DNA of 64,000 nt from a virus, in IMG/VR virus record IMGVR_UViG_3300037780_000016, positions 27,688-91,687 of that record; one strand, written 5' to 3'. The position numbers and the translations under genes are program-made. Below the pieces are notes generated by a model, which was given only the letters and a program-made list of their open reading frames with translations, made no database searches and was not told the DNA's origin. Below, one piece after another: positions 56,604 to 64,000 of the stretch (the stretch's first letter is position 1; each line of letters starts with the position of its first letter).

Positions 56604-57944
56604 ATGAAAGGAAGCAGCATGAGCGATACCCAAATTCCGCAGCAGGGTGACAAGGTCACCTTCAAAGCCTACGGCGACGACAGCGTGGAAGCGCTCCTCA
56701 CCGCAGGTTCTGAGTACGAGGTCCACACGTCCAGCCCGGACGGCGACGGCTTCGTCCTTGAGGTCTTCGTGACCGACGACAAAGGCCAGCGTCGCCTAGA
56801 CGGTGACGGTCAGCCGATGCTGGACACGGTGTTCGACACTGAGATCGAACCGTGGACCCCGCCGGTCGCCGAGGAGACCGAAACCGAGACCGAGACCGAG
56901 ACCGAGGCGGAAGCCGAAGTCGATATCTCGAAGATGAAGAAGGCCGAGCTGGTGGAACACGCCAAGTCTCTGGGCCTGAAGTTCGACAGCAAGATCACCG
57001 TGAAGGCTCTTCGCGAACTGATCACCAACCCGCCCTCCGCCGAGGAAGCCGACGAGGCCGAAGAGGCTGAAGCCGCTGCCCCTGTGGAAGACGAGACCCC
57101 GGCTGAAACGGACGACGCTGATGTCGAACCGGAAGCCGAAGCTGAAGCGGCTGAGACCGCCGAAGCGGCCCCGCCCCCGGCCACCCCGGGTGTGCGCAAC
57201 ACCGACACCGAAGCAGTCCGTGACCTTGTCACCAAGGGCGACCTTCTGGCTTCCGCTCAGGAACTGGTGAACAAGTCCAACGAGACGGACTTCACTCTGG
57301 GCGGCGTTCTGGCTCACATCTACAATCAGCGTGTCTACGTGACGCTGGGTGACCAGTACGAGGGCAAGTCCGGCTTCGAAGCGTACTGCGAGCAGGAACT
57401 CGGCGTCCGTTACCGGAAGGCGATGTACCTGAAGCAGATGTACGAGTTCTTCACCGCCGCTGGCACGGACGAGAAGCGTCTGTCCAAGATCGGCTGGACG
57501 AAGGCGCGTGAGATCATGACCGGCAACGTCAATGACGTGGACGCCATGCTCGACTTCGCCGAGAAGAACACCCGTGATGCCCTGATCGCCGAGATCGGCA
57601 AGACCAAGCAGTCTCTGGACGGTTCGTCCGGCGACACGGTCGAGAAGCGCAAGTTCACCTTCACCCTGACCGGCATGGCCGGGGCGAACGCTGAGACGGC
57701 GCTGAACACGGCGAAGCAGCTCACGGGGTCCGACGACAACAACGTGGCCTTCGAGCACATCATGACCGAGTGGGCGACCACGTCCGAGGTCGAGCTTCCG
57801 CTGGAAGACGTGCTCGCTTCTATCGAGGCCCGTTACAAGGTGTCCCTCCGCCAGATGACCGAAGAGGAAATCGCGGCTGTGGAACAGAACGCCGATGCCG
57901 AGGACGACCAGTCCGAAGCGGAAGCGGAACAGGCTGCGGCCTGA
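56604..57944 (+). CDS. Acidic multidomain putative DNA-binding protein (Rho-N/SAP-like + DUF3102-like helical domain)
   Basis: ISKMKKAELVEHAKSLGL...KALRELI; LGGVL...FEAYCEQELGVRYRKAMYL; (ET)n repeat at 56874-56903. Confidence 0.65.
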   Translation: MKGSSMSDTQIPQQGDKVTFKAYGDDSVEALLTAGSEYEVHTSSPDGDGFVLEVFVTDDKGQRRLDGDGQPMLDTVFDTEIEPWTPPVAEETETETETETEAEAEVDISKMKKAELVEHAKSLGLKFDSKITVKALRELITNPPSAEEADEAEEAEAAAPVEDETPAETDDADVEPEAEAEAAETAEAAPPPATPGVRNTDTEAVRDLVTKGDLLASAQELVNKSNETDFTLGGVLAHIYNQRVYVTLGDQYEGKSGFEAYCEQELGVRYRKAMYLKQMYEFFTAAGTDEKRLSKIGWTKAREIMTGNVNDVDAMLDFAEKNTRDALIAEIGKTKQSLDGSSGDTVEKRKFTFTLTGMAGANAETALNTAKQLTGSDDNNVAFEHIMTEWATTSEVELPLEDVLASIEARYKVSLRQMTEEEIAAVEQNADAEDDQSEAEAEQAAA

Positions 57945-57960
57945 CCTACCCGTGGCGAAA

Positions 57961-57984
57961 GGGGTGCCTGAAATATGGCACCCC
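57961..57984 (+). terminator. Hairpin after the 446-aa gene
   Basis: GGGGTGCC-8 nt-GGCACCCC. Confidence 0.45.
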
Positions 57985-58015
57985 GGACGTCATTATAGGG
58001 TAGACCGAGGGGGGA

Positions 58016-58063
58016 CCACGATATATAGTCCGTGCCCTTGGCGATAACACCTACATATGGACC
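58016..58063. promoter_or_regulatory. Tandem NrdR-box-like sites
   Basis: CCACGATATATAGTCC (58016-58031) and CACCTACATATGGACC (58048-58063), offset 32 bp, directly upstream of nrdA. Confidence 0.65.
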
Positions 58064-58068
58064 GGACT

Positions 58069-59928
58069 ATGGCGAACTTCCAGTATCATTGCGCCTCCCT
58101 TGGGCGCGAAGCATCTATCGAGATCGATCACCAGCGCGACGATAATCTGACCGACTTCGGTCGCGCCACTCTTGAGGATCGGTATCTCCTGCCGGGCGAG
58201 ACCCCGCAAACTCTTTTCGGTCGTGTGGCCTGCTACTTCGCACAGGACGAAGACCACGCCCAACGGCTCTACGATTACATCTCCAACCTGTGGTTCATGC
58301 CCGCGACGCCCATCCTCTCGAATGGCGGTACGGCGCGGGGGATGCCGATCTCGTGCTTCCTGAACCAAGTCGGAGACAGTCTCCAAGACATCGCGGACAC
58401 GTGGAACGAGAATATCTGGCTGGCCTCCCGGGGCGGCGGCATTGGCACCCACTGGGGCGGCGTCCGCTCAATCGGTGAGCCGGTCGGGATGAACGGCAAG
58501 TCCTCCGGCGTGGTTCCGTTCATGAAGGTCATGGACAGCATGACCCTCGCCATCTCGCAGGGCTCTCTGCGTCGCGGCTCAGCCGCCGTCTACCTCGACA
58601 TCGACCACCCGGAAATCGTCGAGTTCATCAACATCCGGAAGCCGGAAGGCGACGTGAACCGCCAGTGCCTGAATGTGCACAACGGCGTCGTCGTATCGGA
58701 CAGCTTCATGGAAGCCGTGAAGGCCGGGGAAGACTATGACCTGATCAGCCCGAAGACCGGCGAGGCAGTCGGCACAGCGAACGCCCGCGAGGTCTGGCAA
58801 CGTCTGCTGGAAGCCCGGGTCCAGACTGGCGAGCCTTACATCCTGTTCAAGGACACCGTGAACGCTCAGCGCCCGGACGTTTATCAGCACCACGGTCTGG
58901 ACGTGAAGCAATCCAACCTCTGCTCTGAGATCATGCTGCACACTGGCCCGGACCAGCGCAACCATGAGCGCACCGCCGTCTGTTGCCTGTCCAGCCTCAA
59001 TGCGGCCACGGCCCGGGAGTGGTTCGGTAACGAGGAGTTCATCGCCGACGTGATGCGGTTCCTCGACAATGTCATGACCGACTTCATCACCAGAGCGTCT
59101 GATGAACCCGGGTTCAAGAACGCGGTCTACTCCGCCACCCGGGAACGCTCCATCGGTCTGGGCATGATGGGCTGGCACTCCTACCTTCAGCAGAACAACA
59201 TCGCTTTCGAGACGCCCATGGCGAAGTCGCTGAACCTCCGTATGTGGAAGTGGTTACGTACGGCAGCCGACGACGCGAACCGCAATCTGGCCGAAGAGCT
59301 GGGTCCGTGCCCGGACGCCGAAGACGCAGGCATGATGAAGCGCTTCAGCCACGTCTTCGCCATCGCTCCGACCGCGTCCATCAGCATCATCTGCGGCGGC
59401 ACCTCCGCCGGTATCGAACCCCTCCCCGCCAACGCCTACAACCACAAGACCCTGTCCGGCTCCTTCATGGTGAAGAACCCGGAACTGGACAAGGTGCTCC
59501 GGAAGTACGCCAAAGAGCGCGGGGTCAATGGCCGCTGGACGGCTGCGCAGTGGCGCTCGATTGTCGCCCACGAGGGATCGGTCCAGCATCTGGATTATCT
59601 GACCGACGACGAGAAGTTCCTGTTCCGGACCTTCCGCGAGATCGACCAGCGCTGGGTCGTCGAGCATGCCGGTGATCGCCAGCCGTACATCTGTCAGGGC
59701 CAGTCCGTGAACATCTCCCTGCCCGGGGACGTCCACAAGGCCGAGCTTCACGCCCTGCATTGGCGGGCATGGGAGCACAAACTCAAGGCGCTCTACTACG
59801 TCCGCTCTACGTCCGTTCGCCGGGCCGACAGCGTCGCAGGCGAGATGCCGACCGAGGACGTCCGGTCCTCCACTGGCCTTGCACCGAGCGCGGTGTCCAT
59901 GGCCGATGAATGTCTTTCTTGCCAGTGA
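58069..59928 (+). CDS. nrdA: Ribonucleotide reductase class I alpha subunit (no ATP cone)
   Basis: PATP, ISCF, SNLCSEI, APTAS, QGQS, LYY, C-terminal CLSCQ; alternative start at 58057. Confidence 0.95.
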   Translation: MANFQYHCASLGREASIEIDHQRDDNLTDFGRATLEDRYLLPGETPQTLFGRVACYFAQDEDHAQRLYDYISNLWFMPATPILSNGGTARGMPISCFLNQVGDSLQDIADTWNENIWLASRGGGIGTHWGGVRSIGEPVGMNGKSSGVVPFMKVMDSMTLAISQGSLRRGSAAVYLDIDHPEIVEFINIRKPEGDVNRQCLNVHNGVVVSDSFMEAVKAGEDYDLISPKTGEAVGTANAREVWQRLLEARVQTGEPYILFKDTVNAQRPDVYQHHGLDVKQSNLCSEIMLHTGPDQRNHERTAVCCLSSLNAATAREWFGNEEFIADVMRFLDNVMTDFITRASDEPGFKNAVYSATRERSIGLGMMGWHSYLQQNNIAFETPMAKSLNLRMWKWLRTAADDANRNLAEELGPCPDAEDAGMMKRFSHVFAIAPTASISIICGGTSAGIEPLPANAYNHKTLSGSFMVKNPELDKVLRKYAKERGVNGRWTAAQWRSIVAHEGSVQHLDYLTDDEKFLFRTFREIDQRWVVEHAGDRQPYICQGQSVNISLPGDVHKAELHALHWRAWEHKLKALYYVRSTSVRRADSVAGEMPTEDVRSSTGLAPSAVSMADECLSCQ

Positions 59929-59942
59929 ATAGGGGAGCCATC

Positions 59943-60950
59943 ATGGCACTTGACCATCCGCAGAAATTTTACAAGCCCTTTCGGTATCCTTGGGCCTACG
60001 ACATGTGGAAACAGCAGCACCAAGTCCACTGGATGCCGGACGAGGTTCCGATGGCCGGGGACATCTCCGACTGGAAGGACAAACTCACGGACGCCGAGCG
60101 TGGCCTGCTGACGCAAATCTTCCGCTTCTTCACTCAGGCCGACGTCGAGGTGGGCGACTGCTACCACCGGCACTACCTGAACGTCTTCCAGCCGACCGAA
60201 GTGAAGATGATGCTGACCGCGTTCTCCGACATGGAGACGATCCACATGGCGGCGTACTCGCATCTGCTGGACAGCCTGAAGATGCCTGAAGACACCTATC
60301 GCCAGTTCCTCGACTATGAGGTGATGGTCGAGAAATACGACTACATGCAGGGCTTCCGTCACGACGATCCGCTCAGCGTGGCCGAGACCATGGCAGTCTT
60401 CGCCGGGTTCACCGAGGGCCTTCAGCTCTTCGCCAGTTTCGCGATCCTGCTGAACTTTCCGCGCCACAACAAGATGAAGGGCATGGGCCAGATCATCGCG
60501 TGGTCTGTGCGTGACGAGAGCCTGCACTGTGAGGGCGTATCCAAGCTCTTCCGGACGTGGGTCGAAGAGAAGCTGGACGCCCGGGACTGCGAACGCCTCA
60601 AGGCCCGCATCTATGAGCACCTTGAGCACATCATCCATATCGAGGACAAGTTCATCGACCTCGCCTTCTCCGGCGGAGAGATCGACGGGCTGACCCCGCA
60701 AGAGGTCAAGGACTATATCCGCTACATCGCGAACATGCGGTTGCAGCAGCTCAGCGTCCCGGGCCTCCTCCAACTGGAACCGGTGTACCCGGTGTTTGAG
60801 AACCCGATCCCGTGGATCGTGGAACAGCTCAATGGGTTGGAGTTCGTGAACTTCTTCGAGAACCGAGCCACGGACTACGCCAAGGGCGCGACCCGGGGCG
60901 AATGGCACGACGTCTGGGATGATGTCGATGGAGCCAAGGCGGCAGAATAG
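59943..60950 (+). CDS. nrdB: Ribonucleotide reductase class I beta subunit
   Basis: FFTQAD, METIH..AY, TEGLQLF, RDESLH, NFFE. Confidence 0.95.
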   Translation: MALDHPQKFYKPFRYPWAYDMWKQQHQVHWMPDEVPMAGDISDWKDKLTDAERGLLTQIFRFFTQADVEVGDCYHRHYLNVFQPTEVKMMLTAFSDMETIHMAAYSHLLDSLKMPEDTYRQFLDYEVMVEKYDYMQGFRHDDPLSVAETMAVFAGFTEGLQLFASFAILLNFPRHNKMKGMGQIIAWSVRDESLHCEGVSKLFRTWVEEKLDARDCERLKARIYEHLEHIIHIEDKFIDLAFSGGEIDGLTPQEVKDYIRYIANMRLQQLSVPGLLQLEPVYPVFENPIPWIVEQLNGLEFVNFFENRATDYAKGATRGEWHDVWDDVDGAKAAE

Positions 60951-60966
60951 CACACAGGAGAGCACC

Positions 60967-61653
60967 ATGATCGGAGCACTCGTAAAAGCATTTCGGCGGT
61001 ATGAGCACACGGTCCCGTACTGTGACGCGAACAACCGCTACCACCGTTCCCGCAAGCGGACGTTCATGGAGCGCCTGCTGCTCACGGTCACCGATGGTTT
61101 GCCTATGCGGATCATCGGTGACTACCCTGTCCCCCGCAGCGTGGACAGTTCGCACCCCTTCAAGCCGTACATGGAGCGGTATTCGATCTTCGAGCTGTTC
61201 GGCTGGAACATCTACCTGCACCGCTTCCTTCGCGGCGACCCGGACCGGTCGGTGCACGATCACCCTTTCGACGGCTTCAGCTTCATCCTGACTGAGGGGT
61301 ACACTGAGGAAGTCCCGATCCAGTACAAAGACGGCACGTACGCCATCGACAGGGACGGCTTGATCCTCGACCGGAAGAAGCGCCGATGGTTCAACTGGGT
61401 TCCGTCCAAGAAGTTCCACGTCGTGCGAATGAACCCGGGTTCACGACCGATCTGGACCCTGTTCATCCACGGCCCCCGGAAGAAGAGCTGGGGATTTTTG
61501 CAGGTGGACAAGGACGAGACCGTCTACGTCGAGACCTATCCCGGCTCCGAGGATTTGCACCGTCGGGACAACTGGCGCAAGTCCGAGCCGACCGGACGAA
61601 CCTACAACGACGACGCAGGGTACGGAGGGTATAATGCACGAGACTGCTTCTAA
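60967..61653 (+). CDS. Cupin-like protein
   Basis: YLHRF..D..RS.HDHPF...GY.EE...FH...WTLF..GP..SWGF. Confidence 0.7.
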   Translation: MIGALVKAFRRYEHTVPYCDANNRYHRSRKRTFMERLLLTVTDGLPMRIIGDYPVPRSVDSSHPFKPYMERYSIFELFGWNIYLHRFLRGDPDRSVHDHPFDGFSFILTEGYTEEVPIQYKDGTYAIDRDGLILDRKKRRWFNWVPSKKFHVVRMNPGSRPIWTLFIHGPRKKSWGFLQVDKDETVYVETYPGSEDLHRRDNWRKSEPTGRTYNDDAGYGGYNARDCF

Positions 61654-62875
61654 GCCGTTCAAAGGGACGTGGGTGCTCGGGTCGGGCGCAGACAAGCACT
61701 CGGTCACCGGTTCCGTGATCCATGGCTCTCCGGTGAGTTCCGGGCACGCCATGCACACCACCGTCGAGGCCACCCAACATTACATCCGCTTCAGCCGGGG
61801 CATGCCGAGCCCGGTCCCGCTTTACTTCCGCTTTGGCGTGAAGAAGGTGGTCTACAACGAGCACCGCGCCACATGCGAGTTTCTGGCCCGGTGTGATGGG
61901 CTCGACGGAAAGACCTACTCCGTAGACGCGGGGACGGAAATCACCCTGTTCCGGGGTCCGGGGCGGGGCCTGAAAATGAAGGGGGGGTCTTGCGATAACC
62001 CATACCATACCCCCAGTATCCGTGACCTGACCCCGGAACAGGCGGTCTCAGCGGTCAAGGAAGCGCTTCTGCAAGAGGTCCAGCACTGGGGCGGGTCCAG
62101 TGTCGGCGTGATGCTCTCCGGCGGCGTGGACAGCCTGTCCGTGCTCTGGGCTCTGAAGGAGAGCGGCTTCAACGTCCACGCGGTCGGGTTCGGCACCAAG
62201 GACGACGCCTACGACCCCTACTATGCCCGCAAGGCATGCGAGCACTTCGGTATCCCTTTCCACCGTGTCGAACCTCCGACCGACGAGACGGAGCTGAAGG
62301 CGTTCATGCGCAAGGCGATCATGATCTGCGAACAGGTGCAGGGTCCGAATGTCCGGATGGGAGCGAGCCTGCTGGCCTGTGCCCAGTACCTGAATGAGCG
62401 AGGCGTGACCCGCTCTTGGCAGGGCTTCGTGGCGGACCGGCTTCTGGGCAACAAGGGTCCGTGCGTCGGCCAGTTCCGCAGGCTCCCGGAAGACGAGCAG
62501 ACCTCCGAGGCGTGGCGTGACAAGCGCATCGAGTTCTCCGCGATCCAGTCCCCGAACACGGACATGATCAGCAAGATCATCCGGATCGGCGGCGGAGGCC
62601 ATGACTGGCGCTCCCCGTTCCATACCCCGCTCCTCTGGGACTTGCTTCTGTCCCTCCCCCTGTCTGTCGCCCCAGCGGCACAGGACAAGCGCGTCCTCCG
62701 CGACCTCATGGCTCAGCAGCTCCCGGAAGAGGCACGCGGCTGGGAAGTGAAGCGGAAGATGGCGTTCAATCAGGGGTCCGGCTTCAACGAGTTCGCCAAG
62801 GAGAATTACTGGGCGTCTGACGATGGGATCAAGGAGCTTTTCGCCGACGTGAGAGCCCACAACGCACTGAAGTAA
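61634..62875 (+). CDS. Asparagine-synthetase-like ATP pyrophosphatase
   Basis: PP-loop LSGGVDS; G..ADRLLG; RSPF; KRVLR; KMAF..GSG; no N-terminal Cys amidotransferase domain. Confidence 0.75.
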   Translation: MHETASKPFKGTWVLGSGADKHSVTGSVIHGSPVSSGHAMHTTVEATQHYIRFSRGMPSPVPLYFRFGVKKVVYNEHRATCEFLARCDGLDGKTYSVDAGTEITLFRGPGRGLKMKGGSCDNPYHTPSIRDLTPEQAVSAVKEALLQEVQHWGGSSVGVMLSGGVDSLSVLWALKESGFNVHAVGFGTKDDAYDPYYARKACEHFGIPFHRVEPPTDETELKAFMRKAIMICEQVQGPNVRMGASLLACAQYLNERGVTRSWQGFVADRLLGNKGPCVGQFRRLPEDEQTSEAWRDKRIEFSAIQSPNTDMISKIIRIGGGGHDWRSPFHTPLLWDLLLSLPLSVAPAAQDKRVLRDLMAQQLPEEARGWEVKRKMAFNQGSGFNEFAKENYWASDDGIKELFADVRAHNALK

Positions 62876-62888
62876 TTCAGCCTTTCGG

Positions 62889-62917
62889 TTGACTTACGAT
62901 CTGGGATAGGGTACTGT
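62889..62917 (+). promoter_or_regulatory. Promoter P6 with conserved spacer
   Basis: TTGACT-TACGATCTGGGATAGGG-TACTGT. Confidence 0.85.
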
Positions 62918-62950
62918 CAATAATAGGCAACTCAGACCGGGATCAACCAC

Positions 62951-64000
62951 ATGCAGCGTATTCAAGACGTCAGACTTTCGCAGCACTTCACGCTGTTCGA
63001 CGTCGTCCATAATCAAGACCACCACAACGAGCCGGGCCACCGCATCACGGTCGCCAACTACGGCCAGCCCGAGCGCATCGAAGAGGGTCAGGCACTGTTC
63101 CAGAACCTGATCGAACCTCTCGTCGCCGAACTGGGTCCGGCGTCCATCGCCAACGGCATCAAGGAACCGGGCCAGCGCCAGACCCCGCACTATTGGACCA
63201 GACAGCACGGGGCAGCCGTGGACATCGCGTTCCATGACTACCTCAATGAAGGCAACTCCCCGATCTCGATCATCAATGTGATCGCCCGTCTCGGGCTCCC
63301 CTTCGAGCGGTTCATCTCCTACGCGGGCTCCGAGTTCATCTGCCTGTCCCACCGCCGGTCCTTCAACCGTCACGCGGTCTACGAGAACGTTTTGCCGGGC
63401 AACCGCTCTGGGAACACGAAGCCGTTCTTCAGCACCCTGTCCAGCAAGAAGGCTGAATACGACGCCCTCTTCGCGGACTATGACCCGGCGGACGCCCATC
63501 TGGTCACCCGGGAGAAATGGCGGAGAGCCGCTGGCCAGCCTATCTACCACACCAAGCGCCAAGGCCGGGCTCAGCATATCCGCGTCGGCAGGTACTTCAC
63601 CCTCCTCGACTTCGCCCGCTGTGAGGCCGCAGCCCATGACGGAGCGCCGTGGTGCCCGCCGATCTATCTTGAGGCCCACGACCGTCTCGACGCCCATGGC
63701 GACACCCCGGGGCTGGCTGTGTGCCGTATGGCAGCCGAGATCATCGAGCCGGTCGTCTCGCAGCTTGGCCGCGTGTCTGTCACCCGGGGTTTCATGCCCA
63801 AGGCCCTCGCGATCCATGAAGTCCCCCGGGAACGTGCACCCCTGCACCTCTGGGGCACGCAGGATCGCTTCGCCGTCTCTTTCCTCCTCCCGCAGGGCAT
63901 CGCCCCGCAGATGGCCACACCGCTCATTGAGAGCCACCCCGCCGTCAAGAGCGTGACGTGGGAGCGCCACCCGTCATCGACCGCCGAGGTCACTGTCGAG
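62951..64000 (+). CDS. Tandem peptidase M15-like protein, 3'-truncated
   Basis: Read by hand as open for 350 codons. Domain 1: RLSQHFTLFD..LIEPL..PHYW..GAAVD. Domain 2: RVGRYFTLLDF..IIEPV..SVTRGF. Not in the ORF track. Confidence 0.7.
   Translation, partial: MQRIQDVRLSQHFTLFDVVHNQDHHNEPGHRITVANYGQPERIEEGQALFQNLIEPLVAELGPASIANGIKEPGQRQTPHYWTRQHGAAVDIAFHDYLNEGNSPISIINVIARLGLPFERFISYAGSEFICLSHRRSFNRHAVYENVLPGNRSGNTKPFFSTLSSKKAEYDALFADYDPADAHLVTREKWRRAAGQPIYHTKRQGRAQHIRVGRYFTLLDFARCEAAAHDGAPWCPPIYLEAHDRLDAHGDTPGLAVCRMAAEIIEPVVSQLGRVSVTRGFMPKALAIHEVPRERAPLHLWGTQDRFAVSFLLPQGIAPQMATPLIESHPAVKSVTWERHPSSTAEVTVE

Larger units (their letters stand above)
1148..61443. repeat. Dispersed 14-bp palindrome TGAACCCGGGTTCA family, 26 copies
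   Basis: Perfect copies: 1148, 3181, 7821, 10884, 15491, 38344, 42791, 48521, 59103, 61430. TGAACCCGGGTGCA: 4979, 13581, 20094, 24747, 34258, 37100, 53514, 56520; reverse orientation at 45625. TGACCCCGGGTTCA: 7001, 20655, 35332. Looser variants: 23452, 28437, 32999, 42020. Confidence 0.95.

Noticed and set aside
1148-61443. The palindrome as CRISPR repeats, IS/MITE ends or REP elements
   Set aside because: Copies are single, kilobases apart and embedded in intact genes, with no spacers, target duplications or transposase.
1148-61443. The palindrome as a Gram-positive LexA box (GAAC-N4-GTTC)
   Set aside because: The core matches, but the CCGG centre is nearly fixed, most copies are intragenic, and the spanins point to a Gram-negative host. 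Not fully excluded.
61634-62875. Lasso-peptide cyclase or QueC 7-deazaguanine pathway
   Set aside because: No precursor or B protein, and no QueC zinc-binding Cys motif or folE/queD/queE/dpdA genes in the window.
1917-63993. Long minus-strand ORFs (for example 23462-28228, 28694-33013, 3031-5169, 44942-47152, 62894-63970)
   Set aside because: They are antisense shadows of strongly codon-biased + strand genes, with no motifs or RBS.
1-64000. tRNA genes, introns or inteins in pol, dnaB, nrdA or recA
   Set aside because: No cloverleaf structures seen; these proteins have normal lengths and no splice-junction motifs.

Overview
A 64-kb segment of a GC-rich tailed dsDNA phage (siphovirus-like). 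All credible genes lie on the + strand. Order: nucleotide metabolism (dut, thyA); PBSX-type head module; lambda-like tail module with a -1 frameshifted chaperone, tape measure, M/L/K/I proteins and a 3,706-aa J/fibre; scattered lysis genes; a Ycf46-like AAA module; replication and recombination genes (initiator with iterons, degenerate DnaC-like loader, DnaB, UDG-PolA, primase, SSB, SF2 helicase, RecA, nucleases, RuvC-like); nrdAB with tandem NrdR-like boxes; a cupin/asparagine-synthetase-like pair; and a truncated tandem M15-like ORF. The nrdAB type and apparent GANTC avoidance suggest an alphaproteobacterial host (inference). No terminase, integrase, tRNA or CRISPR array was seen. The main unexplained signal is a 14-bp palindrome, TGAACCCGGGTTCA and close variants, found by eye 26 times at about 2.4-kb mean spacing, in all three reading frames, on stop codons and next to promoters. 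Other signals: six sigma70 promoters sharing a conserved spacer; shared short peptide tags on unrelated proteins (R-x-hydrophobic-D/E-hydrophobic-G/D and RxRxR); an apparently split prohead protease; a dNMP kinase-endolysin fusion; and a candidate small RNA. All family assignments come from recognised motifs and synteny, not database searches.
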